A stretch of 64,000 nt of DNA from an uncultured Chloroflexia bacterium (GTDB taxonomy: Bacteria > Chloroflexota > Chloroflexia > QHBQ01 > JADMIH01): contig CAWCNY010000002.1 in assembly GCA_963797095.1 (NCBI GenBank), positions 480,001-544,000 on the forward strand, written 5' to 3'. The notes under the pieces are model-generated. The model was given only the letters and a program-made list of their open reading frames with translations. It made no database searches and had not been told where the DNA came from. This document shows, piece by piece, positions 30,863 through 40,026 of the stretch (the first letter of the stretch is position 1; each line of letters opens with the position of its first letter). A program made the translations under genes and the position numbers.

Positions 30863-32236
30863 CACGGCTGATGCAAAGTCGGTCATGAAAGGGGTGTTGT
30901 CCATAGAGTACGCTCCAAGCGGTAGTGGAAGGCGCGTTGAGCAGCAGGTAGATTAGCTTGCGCATGATGGGCGGCTAGCCCTACTACGATGTTGTTGAGG
31001 GTAGCCAGCACGCGAGGTGCGTGACCCACCCTTACCTGGGAGGAGTCTTCGTCGAGGCTCACATCACGCCGATAGTGCAGTCCGTTTTCTATTCCCCAGT
31101 GGTCTCTTACCACCCGCAGGAGCATATGCGGTGATGCTGCTGCCCGCGGTGATGCTGCTGCCCTTGGTAGAGAGGTCACTCCATAATGCACCATCTCCTT
31201 TACCTGTCCCAATCCGTCTACCACTCGGCACTTGAGCTTGAATACCTGCCTCAGATGCGGCCACTTTGAGTAGCCGCACAGAGCCGAACTTACCCATATA
31301 GTGCGCTTATAGTGCGCTCCTCCACTCGTCCGTGCCCTTTGTTTATCCGCCTTGCCCACTCCAAATCGGGAGGCATAGCGAAGTTTGGGGCCTCGCTTTT
31401 GGTCTGAGGCGGTGGCTCAAACAATGTGCGGATGTCGGCCAACAACTCCGGCTGGTTCTCCTTTACCTTCCACAGGTAATCTCCACCACCCCTGACGATC
31501 TGAGCAGATAGGTTACGTTGGGCAAACATAGCATCTCCTGTTACCACTACGCCTCTCAGGTCAAGTTGAGCCAGCAAAGTGGGCGCTACCGTTAGTTCGT
31601 TGGCCTTCTCTTCAACTTCCAGTTGGGCCAGCACGACCCCTACCTGTGGCAGGTACGCACACACCAGATGCACCCCCTTCGTATACCCCAAAGGGATGGT
31701 GCCTCTCAGCGTCTTGCCGTCAATCGTGAGCACAAGACCTCCTCTACGTCTGCGTTTCTTGTGTATGAGTGGGGAGCACAACTCCTTGAAGAACTCGCCT
31801 ACCACTTGGTCCAAAGCATAAGGGTCGAGTGCCTTGCCGAAGATGCGCCCCCAGGTGGTAGGGTGTGGCAGAGTAGTTCTGCCAAAACCCAGCAAGGAGC
31901 AGAGTTGCTCTGAGCGCAACCCTGCCCACTCTGCTAGCGCTCGTAACTGACCGTGACCTGCCAGCTTAGCAAGCACCGCCACCGTCAGGACCACACTCAA
32001 TGGGTAGCGTACTCCTCGTGGGTCTCGCAGATCTTCTATTGTGTGCAGTTTCTCTACAAGAGCTTGCAGACTGAAGGCGAATGGCTCGTTGGGCAGTTGC
32101 ACGTCCAGGGGGAGCATGGTACATTTCATCTCACATAGCACCTCTCTTGGGTTGATGGTTGTTGCAACTCGCATCTTATCCCAAGTGGGTGCTATTTGCT
32201 TCTCTATCCTCTATTTCCGACTTTGCATCAGCCCTG
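30863..32236 (-). mobile_element. ISAs1-family IS (1374 bp) with 20-bp TIRs and 10-bp TSD gtcagatccc
   Basis: cacggctgatgcaaagtcgg vs cagggctgatgcaaagtcgg; TSD at 30853-30862 and 32237-32246. Confidence 0.93.
30883..32174 (-). pseudogene. ISAs1 transposase inactivated by an 11-nt duplication
   Basis: DPR, IDGKTLRG, DA, VKENQ, HGRVEER, HWGIENGLHYRRDV; tatagtgcgct x2 at 31297-31318. Confidence 0.9.
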
Positions 32237-32384
32237 GTCAGATCCCAACTCCATGCTGGGATCTGACCAAGGCGGTAATATAATCTGAGATTGTAGAGGA
32301 GCCTGCTACATATCATAAACACGCACAATACTGCAGTCGTGAACTGCACGGGTGCCCGTGTGGTTACTCGTATGACATCGTAAC

Positions 32385-32585
32385 TTAGACACGATTCTCC
32401 TGCAGGCTGCGTTGGCGATACGCTCTAGTGCCACAACGGCCGGAGCATTGCTTCTTATCGCTGGGTCCTGTAAATGCAGCATCGCACATGTCACAATATC
32501 TGGCGACCTGTCTGCGGTTGGTCTTCGCCCGATAACCTACGACTTCTTTAGTGAGGGTAAAGGTAAATGGTGCTGATTGCGCCAC
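32385..32585 (-). CDS. Small CGNR-like zinc-finger protein
   Basis: CDMC...CSGRC followed by a basic tail. Confidence 0.5.
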   Translation of the reverse strand: MAQSAPFTFTLTKEVVGYRAKTNRRQVARYCDMCDAAFTGPSDKKQCSGRCGTRAYRQRSLQENRV

Positions 32586-32642
32586 ATCAGCTCCGACGGA
32601 TATGAGACAATTTAGCGCTCAGACAAGAGCTAAGTAAGCTCA

Positions 32643-32671
32643 TTGACATGAAAAATATTTCATGGTATATT
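32643..32671 (+). promoter_or_regulatory. Promoter TTGACA-17-TATATT with palindrome CATGAAA-N4-TTTCATG in the spacer
   Basis: Read directly; lies upstream of the XRE gene. Confidence 0.7.
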
Positions 32672-32692
32672 GGTCGTGAGGAGGAAGAAAAC

Positions 32693-32935
32693 ATGGCTAC
32701 TCTCAAAGGGTTGAGGACCGGCGCGAAACTGACACAGAAAGAGCTGGCGATGCGTGTAGGTGTCAGCGAACGCATCATCATCTTTTGGGAGATGGGTACT
32801 GTGTTACCCTCCTTTGAGGCTCTCACGAAGTTATACGAGGTCTTAGGGCCCGAAGTGCATGGTGCTTTTGCAGCAAGTCGCCCGCACAAGAAACGCGGCA
32901 GGAAACCTAAGGCAGAACAGGAGCAACCATCATGA
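32693..32935 (+). CDS. XRE/Cro family HTH regulator
   Basis: LTQKELAMRVGVSERIIIFWEMG...P; gaggagg RBS. Confidence 0.88.
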   Translation: MATLKGLRTGAKLTQKELAMRVGVSERIIIFWEMGTVLPSFEALTKLYEVLGPEVHGAFAASRPHKKRGRKPKAEQEQPS

Positions 32936-33090
32936 AGCCAGCACCCATCTATGCGAGGGTAAGCACCAGCGCCCAGGCCATCAAAATCCTCACCCTCGCC
33001 CTCCAATGGCCCCTCCTCAATCCTCCCTCCCCCTCATTCCTCGATGTCCCTACCCACTCCACCTTCTATATCTATATAGAATCTATATAG
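32932..33090 (+). pseudogene. Serine recombinase N-terminal stub
   Basis: Own translation MKPAPIYARVSTSAQ matches the YxRVSTxxQ catalytic motif; ATGA overlap with the XRE gene. Confidence 0.7.
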
Positions 33091-33205
33091 AAACCGCCCT
33101 CTGGCATGGCATCATCCCAGGCTAGGGCGACTCCACCTTCCACCCCTCCGACCCCACCCTCCGAGGCCAGCTCTCCAAAATGCTCTACAACGCCCTCACC
33201 CAACA

Positions 33206-33328
33206 GTGACGAGTAGCGAGTTCCGAGTTTTCGCCAGTCGGTCGTCGGTAGCGGTTCCGGTTGCTCGCTACTCGTCACTCGTCACTCGCCACTCGCCACT
33301 CGCCACTCGTCACTCGTCACTCATCACT
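33206..33328. repeat. Inverted heptamer element (agtgacg/agtagcg ... cactcgt/cactcgc array)
   Basis: agtgacgagtagcgag pairs with ctcgctactcgtcact. Confidence 0.88.
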
Positions 33329-33373
33329 GCAAAAAGACATTTCTAATTTCTCACTTTCCACCCCCGGAATATA

Positions 33374-33403
33374 TTGACAAACCACTCTGCCCCCCACTAT
33401 AAT
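33374..33403 (+). promoter_or_regulatory. Consensus sigma70 promoter TTGACA-18-TATAAT
   Basis: Both hexamers are perfect; about 530 nt upstream of 33931. Confidence 0.75.
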
Positions 33404-33826
33404 GGGCAGGCTTACCGCTCCAATTCACATGCGCACCACTCACCCTACTCGGGTACCTTTCGATTTCGAGCCTTCGATTACCAGTGTTTCACCCCTACCA
33501 TTACCCAACCACCCTACCCCTACCCACTGGCCTCTCATCCTCCCCGTCCTTCCACCATCGCGCTCCCAAATCGGAATTCACAAGTGGTCGCTTCTTGTCA
33601 TGTCTAGAGTTGCTCTCAGACCAACATGAAAGGAGGCGTGCCGGAGCCAACTCCCCATTTCCGGATCGCAAATCAACACTCCACCTCTCACCTGTACGAA
33701 CACGAACCAGCAACTACCAACTACTACTCGCCCCACCACCCGCGATCCCTTCCCTCTGCGCTACTCCTCGCAGACCCAGTCTCAGACGTCAGGTCCCAGA
33801 CTTCAGAAATCAGGACAACCCACCCG

Positions 33827-33887
33827 TCCGACTACCGACTACCGACTACTAACCACTCGCTACTCGTCACTCGTCACTCGTCACTCC
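33827..33887. repeat. Heptamer tracts (ccgacta)n and (cactcgt)n
   Basis: Read directly. Confidence 0.8.
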
Positions 33888-33930
33888 CCAGTGGCCCTGA
33901 TTTCTCACACAAGAAAGGAACGAGAGAAAC

Positions 33931-36900
33931 ATGAACAGGCGTATATGGCTACTCATGGCCATGGCCTTCCTCGCCATAGCCATAATAGGTGCGGGTAGCG
34001 TGGCAAACGCCTCCTACCCAAGCGAGGCAGCAAACCAAACCAAAGGCGCAGATAACATCGATCTCCAACACGCCCAGGACAACGACGGCTTGAGCGCTCT
34101 GCCTGCAGGTCTCAAGGCCGTTTCCATGAACACACTTATTAGCATGGGCCTCGTCCACCCTCAGGACCTTCCTGACCTCCCAGCGCCCGTGCCCGATCAG
34201 CACAACTTCACTTCTAATCCTGATGTCACCATCACATGGGGAGCCGAGGCCAACACGTCTGGCGCAACCAGCGCCAACGAGCCATCTACAGTGGCCCACC
34301 CCTCCAACCCCAACTACGCCCTCGTCAGCGGTAACGTCCCCATTGATAATACCTCCAACGGCGGCACCTCCTGGCAGAGCCGCACACCGCCTAACCCCAA
34401 TGGTTACGGCGATGTCGTCGTCTCCTGGCTCCCTACTTCGCCAGGCCAGGCCTACGCCTACGATGCGGCCCTCAACCCCATGCACGGCGCGGGTATGACC
34501 TCCGGCCGCTCTACCGACTTCGGCGTCACATGGGCTAACTACCCCTCCAATATCGACGTCACATCCTATTTCGTCGACCGCGAGTATCTGTGGGCCAACC
34601 AGGATTCCACCAGCCCCAACTACGGTCGCGTCTTTGTATCCGGCACATTCTTCGATACAGCCGGTTCGGGCACCTTCAACGCTACCTGGAACAGGTACTC
34701 CGATGACCAGGGCCTAACCTGGTCCGCCCCTCAGACAGAAGACGCGGGCGCTCTCGGCGCTGTTCACGGTAACGCGCAGTTCAGTTCGATGGCCTTCGGC
34801 CCCGGCAACACCGTCTATCACGGCTGGATGGACGTGCGCTGCTGCGGCGACCCGCCCTCCTACGGCGACCACAACAAGTATTACTATGCCAAGTCCACCG
34901 ATGGCGGCGTATCGTTCCCCATCTCTGGGACCGCCGCTACCGATACGGCAGCTCGCTCGGTCAGCTTCAACAGCAACGGCCCTTCCGGCTTCCGCTGGAG
35001 CCCCCAGGCCACCATCGGTGCCGACCCCACCGATAACTATGTCTACATGATCTGGCTTGCTCGCCGTGTAGACAACAACAACGTCGGCGTGGCTGTCAAT
35101 ATCACCCGCTCGTCCGACGGCGGTGCCACATGGTCAGCCCCGTCCATCGTCTACAACGACCCCAACGCTAACGATACCCAGTATATGCCGTGGATAGCGG
35201 TCTCTCCGGACCACACAGTCCATGTGACATACACAAGCTCGGTCAACAATGGTAATAACCCTCTTGCACACTACTATGTGCAATCGACCGACCGGGGCGT
35301 AACCTGGAGCACGCCGTTCCAGTTGAGCGGCGCAACCTATAACGGTGCATCCTTCCACGGCGACTATCAGGCCGTCCACATAGGTAACCAGGCCAACTGC
35401 ACCAACACAACCATAATCGCGGCTTGGACCGACAATAGGTCCGGCGAGCATCACTACGCTCGCATGGGCACATTCGCCGGTTGCGGTGGCTCTCCTACCC
35501 CCACGGTGACAGGTACACCTCCAACCGCTACCAGGACCCCCACATCTACTGTGACCCCAACCGTCACGCCAACCGTGTGCGGATCCACCGCTAACTACAC
35601 CCTGACAACCTCCACAGGAGCCACCATAGTACCAGGTACCACCATGGTATCGGGGTCCAACTGCGATGACTGCGTCAATCCGGCAGCCATCCCATTCCCC
35701 TTCTCCTTCTACGGTAACTCCTACTCATCAGTGAACGTGGACTCCAATGGGACGCTGCAGTTCGTGTCGTCCACCTCCACCTTCACCAACGCATGCGAGC
35801 CGTACGCCTCGCACAACTACGTGATACACGCATACTGGGACGACCTGCTGCTGACGACGGCAGGAGACGGCATCTACACCTCGGTCTCGGGGAGTGCACC
35901 AAACCGCATCTTCAACGTAGAGTGGAGAGGGTGCTACTACTCAGGAGGAGTGTGTGGGACGAGGGTTAGCTTCGAGGCGAGGCTGTATGAAGGGACAGGA
36001 CAGATAGACGTCATCTACGCGACGGTAGGGAACGGGAACAGCTCGGCAACAGGAGGAGTGCAGAAGGACACAGGTTCGTTGTTCCTGCAAGCATTCTGCA
36101 ATGGGTCAGGGCAACCAGTGAGTGCAGGCTCCATGTTCACCTATACCCAGCCTACCTGTGCCACAGGCACACCGGCCACCGCCACCTCGACACCAACCAC
36201 AGGAGCAAGTACAGCCACACCTACATGCGTAGCGGGAGGAGGCACCCCAGGTCCATTCGCCACCGCTTCCCCCATCTCGATTGACCTGTACGGAGCTGCC
36301 ATCGACAACAACGGCACCTATGCCTACGCTGCCGGTGGGTACTCCTTCTCCGCTGCCAACACTGTCAACCAGTTCGCCCGCTTCGATCCTGCTACGGGCG
36401 CCTGGACCTCCCTCACACCCGTCCCCACAGGCCAGGAGGCTGCCGTGGCTCTGGGTGTGTACGCACCTAACGTCAACCGCTTCTATATGTTCGGTGGCGC
36501 TCAAGGTGCTTCCCTCACCACTATCCTCGACCTCAACAGGTACTACGACCTGGCCTCCAACACATGGGGTTCGGGGCTTGCGATGCCAGGAGTACGCTCG
36601 CAGTTGTCGGGAGGATACTACAACGGCAAGATCTACCTGGTAGGTGGGTATGACACCTCAGGAGTAACCCCACAGAACACAGTGTGGGAGTACGACCCTG
36701 TAGCCAACACCTACGCAACCAAGGCAACTATCCCGGAGGCATTGGGAGGTGCTGCATTCGGCATCATCAACGGCCACCTGATAATCGCGGGTGGGCGAGA
36801 CGCAGTCAATGTAGCACGCACCACAGTGTACGATTACAACATCGCTACAGACACGTGGACGACCAAAGCGAGTCTACCGACTGGAGTGAACGTACCGGCG

Positions 36901-39717
36901 AGCGCAGTATTCTCAGGCAAGCTGATGGCATCCGGTGGAGGCAACCCCTTCAACGGTTCTGCCGCCAGTTCCAACCCCTCCCTTCCTGCTATTAGCAAAT
37001 CAGTAGGCGTGGGGAGGCAGTCGCCCAACACGACAAACATAACGCAGATCTACGATGCAGCGACAGATACATGGAGCAGTGGCCCAACGCTGCTGTCGGT
37101 GCTGTCGTTCCCGACAGGGACGCAGGTAGGGAACAAGGTCATCGTGGTTGGAGGGTACAACGGTTCAAGCACCACCAACCAGGTTGAAGTATCGAGTGTA
37201 TCAGGGGGTTCGTGCGACACCTCCACCCCTACCCCCACATCGGGTGCGGCATCCCCGACACCAACGTGTGCGGCAGGAGGAGGACAACTGCTGCAGGATA
37301 CCTCGTTTGAAGCAGGCAGCCCCAACCCGTTCTGGGAAGAGGAGAGCCTCAACTTCGGCACACCACTGTGCGATGTAGCATCGTGCGGCAACGGAGGAGG
37401 CACCACAGGACCCAGGACTGGCGATTGGTGGGCCTGGTTCGGAGGCACAACATCTGTGGAGGAAGGGGCAGTCCAGCAGACTGTGACCATCCCATCAGGG
37501 AGTGCCACCCTACAGTTCTACCTGTGGATAGGATCACACTCAGGGAACGGCACAGCCGACTACATGAGAGTGCTGGTAGGTGGGACTGAAGTATTCAGAG
37601 CCACCGACGCCGACACAGGATACGACAGTGGATACACGTTAGTGAGCATCGACGTGAGTGCACAGTCGGGAGGAAGCAGAGTAGTAAGGATAGAGGAGCA
37701 CAACGATGCAGGAGCAGCGGTCTTCAATGCCTCTGTTGACGATGTTACCCTCGATGCCGGCGGTGGGTGTCCAACCCCTGGTACTCCTTCCCCCACCCCT
37801 ACGTGCATAGCAGGAGGAGCAAGCTGGGGTGCTGGGCCTGACTTCAATGACCCCCTTGGTAACATCAGAGGGCTTGGGGTCTACTTCCCCCCCACCGGTA
37901 AGTTCTATGTCATCGGTGGTCGAGACTCTGACAGCGCAGGCTCAGACTCCATCAACCCTCACATCTATGACCCTGTAGCCAACTCATGGTCCACCGCCTC
38001 CTCCACTGTTGTGCCTGACAACCAGGTCAACAACATGGGTGGTGGGGTGGTCACAGTGAGTGGCACACCCATGATAGTGGTGGTCGGTGGGAGTGCCGCC
38101 GGTGCTACCACAGGCACCAGTGCTGTCAGATACTACAACCCCTCAACCGACACATGGACCGACATAAGTTCCACAGATGCCTGGCCTGCCCCCACAGACA
38201 CCCTCCCAGGAGGGTATGCAGTGGTGAACAACAAGCTGTACATACTTGGAGGGTTCACCATCAACATCGGGATGACCCAGGAAGTGTGGGAGTTCGACCC
38301 CAACGGCACAGCAGGCTCACGATGGACCCTCAAAGGCTCAACGTTACTACCTCAGCCCCTTGGGTACATACCGACAGCAGCCATAGGAGGGATGATCTAC
38401 ACAGCAGGAGGGTCTGGGTGGGATGGCACCACCATCTTCGACACCGACTACTCGTACAAGTACGACCCCACAACCAACACCTTGACCACCATCACCTCAA
38501 TCCCAAGATTGACAGCGGAGACAAGAGCGCTGACGATGGGAGGGGAGATGTGGGTAATGGGAGGAGGGAGAGACGCGCCTAACCCATCGAATGAGGTAGA
38601 CGTGTACGACCCAGGCACAGACAGTTGGAGCGTGGGCACACCGTTCGTGACGGCCCGCCGTAACTTCGCGGTAGACACAGACGGGGGAGGCACGATCTGG
38701 TTGGTAGGAGGGTATGCACCGAGCACAGCGACGGCGAACATGGAGATCTACACGAGTGGAGGAGGGTGTGTCACCCCGACCGAGACCCCGACCACTCCAC
38801 CTTCAACCAACACCCCAACCGACACACCAGTAGCTCCCAGTGCAACCAACACACAAGTACCAGGAACAGCCACCGACACACCAGTGGTACCTCCAACCGA
38901 TACAGACACGCCGGTAGTGCCGCCCACAGACACCGATACACCAATCGTACCCCCAACCGATACGGCAGTAGTGCCACCGACTGACACAGCAGTAGTGCCA
39001 CCCACCTCCACCGACACACCAGGGGTACCAACAGCCACACCAACCTCGTGTCCAATGCAGTTCACAGATGTGCTGCCAGACAACACCTTCTACACCTACA
39101 TCAGGTGCCTGGCATGCAGAGGCATCATCAACGGCTATTCGACAGGGTGTGAGACTGGCAATCCATGCTTCCGCCCTGGTAACCTGGTCACAAGAGGTCA
39201 GCTATCCAAGATAGTGTCCAACTCGGCTGGCTTCAACGACGACCCAGGACTGCAGATGTTCCAGGATGTACCGGCAGGCTCAACGTTCTACGCGTTCATC
39301 AACAGGCTGGCAATCCGCAACATCGTGACAGGGTACCCATGTGGCTCCCCAGGAGAGCCGTGTGTAGGGCCGGATAACCTGCCGTACTTCAGACCGAACG
39401 CCAACATCACGAGAGGACAACTGTCGAAGATAGTGTCAGAGGCAGCAGGGTACAACACGACACCTGGAGCACAGCAGTTCGAGGACGTACTGCCAGGCTC
39501 GACGTTCTACGACTACATCTGGAGGCTGACAGACCTTGGCATCATGAACGGATACCCATGCGGCAGCCCGGGAGAGCCGTGTGTAGGCCCAGACAACCTG
39601 CCATACTTCAGGCCAGGCTCCAACGCGACGAGAGGACAAGCATCGAAGATAGTAGCGAACACCTTCTATCCCAACTGCTACACTCCTTCCAGGCCAGCAA
39701 GCCTGCTCAACCAGTAA
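33931..39717 (+). CDS. Secreted surface protein 1: BNR/Asp-box propeller, beta-rich module, two kelch propellers, jelly-roll module, C-terminal SLH region
   Basis: Signal peptide; SxDxGxTW; GG-Y-W kelch repeats; FTDV...GIINGY...TRGQLSK x3. Confidence 0.9.
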   Translation: MNRRIWLLMAMAFLAIAIIGAGSVANASYPSEAANQTKGADNIDLQHAQDNDGLSALPAGLKAVSMNTLISMGLVHPQDLPDLPAPVPDQHNFTSNPDVTITWGAEANTSGATSANEPSTVAHPSNPNYALVSGNVPIDNTSNGGTSWQSRTPPNPNGYGDVVVSWLPTSPGQAYAYDAALNPMHGAGMTSGRSTDFGVTWANYPSNIDVTSYFVDREYLWANQDSTSPNYGRVFVSGTFFDTAGSGTFNATWNRYSDDQGLTWSAPQTEDAGALGAVHGNAQFSSMAFGPGNTVYHGWMDVRCCGDPPSYGDHNKYYYAKSTDGGVSFPISGTAATDTAARSVSFNSNGPSGFRWSPQATIGADPTDNYVYMIWLARRVDNNNVGVAVNITRSSDGGATWSAPSIVYNDPNANDTQYMPWIAVSPDHTVHVTYTSSVNNGNNPLAHYYVQSTDRGVTWSTPFQLSGATYNGASFHGDYQAVHIGNQANCTNTTIIAAWTDNRSGEHHYARMGTFAGCGGSPTPTVTGTPPTATRTPTSTVTPTVTPTVCGSTANYTLTTSTGATIVPGTTMVSGSNCDDCVNPAAIPFPFSFYGNSYSSVNVDSNGTLQFVSSTSTFTNACEPYASHNYVIHAYWDDLLLTTAGDGIYTSVSGSAPNRIFNVEWRGCYYSGGVCGTRVSFEARLYEGTGQIDVIYATVGNGNSSATGGVQKDTGSLFLQAFCNGSGQPVSAGSMFTYTQPTCATGTPATATSTPTTGASTATPTCVAGGGTPGPFATASPISIDLYGAAIDNNGTYAYAAGGYSFSAANTVNQFARFDPATGAWTSLTPVPTGQEAAVALGVYAPNVNRFYMFGGAQGASLTTILDLNRYYDLASNTWGSGLAMPGVRSQLSGGYYNGKIYLVGGYDTSGVTPQNTVWEYDPVANTYATKATIPEALGGAAFGIINGHLIIAGGRDAVNVARTTVYDYNIATDTWTTKASLPTGVNVPASAVFSGKLMASGGGNPFNGSAASSNPSLPAISKSVGVGRQSPNTTNITQIYDAATDTWSSGPTLLSVLSFPTGTQVGNKVIVVGGYNGSSTTNQVEVSSVSGGSCDTSTPTPTSGAASPTPTCAAGGGQLLQDTSFEAGSPNPFWEEESLNFGTPLCDVASCGNGGGTTGPRTGDWWAWFGGTTSVEEGAVQQTVTIPSGSATLQFYLWIGSHSGNGTADYMRVLVGGTEVFRATDADTGYDSGYTLVSIDVSAQSGGSRVVRIEEHNDAGAAVFNASVDDVTLDAGGGCPTPGTPSPTPTCIAGGASWGAGPDFNDPLGNIRGLGVYFPPTGKFYVIGGRDSDSAGSDSINPHIYDPVANSWSTASSTVVPDNQVNNMGGGVVTVSGTPMIVVVGGSAAGATTGTSAVRYYNPSTDTWTDISSTDAWPAPTDTLPGGYAVVNNKLYILGGFTINIGMTQEVWEFDPNGTAGSRWTLKGSTLLPQPLGYIPTAAIGGMIYTAGGSGWDGTTIFDTDYSYKYDPTTNTLTTITSIPRLTAETRALTMGGEMWVMGGGRDAPNPSNEVDVYDPGTDSWSVGTPFVTARRNFAVDTDGGGTIWLVGGYAPSTATANMEIYTSGGGCVTPTETPTTPPSTNTPTDTPVAPSATNTQVPGTATDTPVVPPTDTDTPVVPPTDTDTPIVPPTDTAVVPPTDTAVVPPTSTDTPGVPTATPTSCPMQFTDVLPDNTFYTYIRCLACRGIINGYSTGCETGNPCFRPGNLVTRGQLSKIVSNSAGFNDDPGLQMFQDVPAGSTFYAFINRLAIRNIVTGYPCGSPGEPCVGPDNLPYFRPNANITRGQLSKIVSEAAGYNTTPGAQQFEDVLPGSTFYDYIWRLTDLGIMNGYPCGSPGEPCVGPDNLPYFRPGSNATRGQASKIVANTFYPNCYTPSRPASLLNQ

Positions 39718-39780
39718 TAAAGGTAGTATAGAGGTAAGGAGGCGGAGTTGAACTCTCAACTCTTCCTCCTCCCTCCAACA

Positions 39781-39816
39781 CAAAAGACCCGGTCCCATTC
39801 GGAGCCGGGTCTTTTG
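39781..39816 (+). terminator. Intrinsic terminator
   Basis: caaaagacccgg...ccgggtcttttg. Confidence 0.8.
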
Positions 39817-39874
39817 CTGTTCATAACACCTGATTTCCTCCAGTGAGGAAACTACAAAAGTATGTTTTTCCCCG

Positions 39875-39903
39875 TTGCTAAACACCTGGGTAGCAGGTAT
39901 AAT
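39875..39903 (+). promoter_or_regulatory. Promoter TTGCTA-17-TATAAT
   Basis: Near-consensus match. Confidence 0.65.
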
Positions 39904-40026
39904 GCAAGCTATTGCGGTCAGCCGCGCTATGTGGCCGTACTCGCGCGATCACGTTTTTGCCACCGCGACAAGAAGATCGCCGGGTCATATTCGTGTCAGC
40001 ACGAGTAAGAGAAAGGAAGGAGAAGA

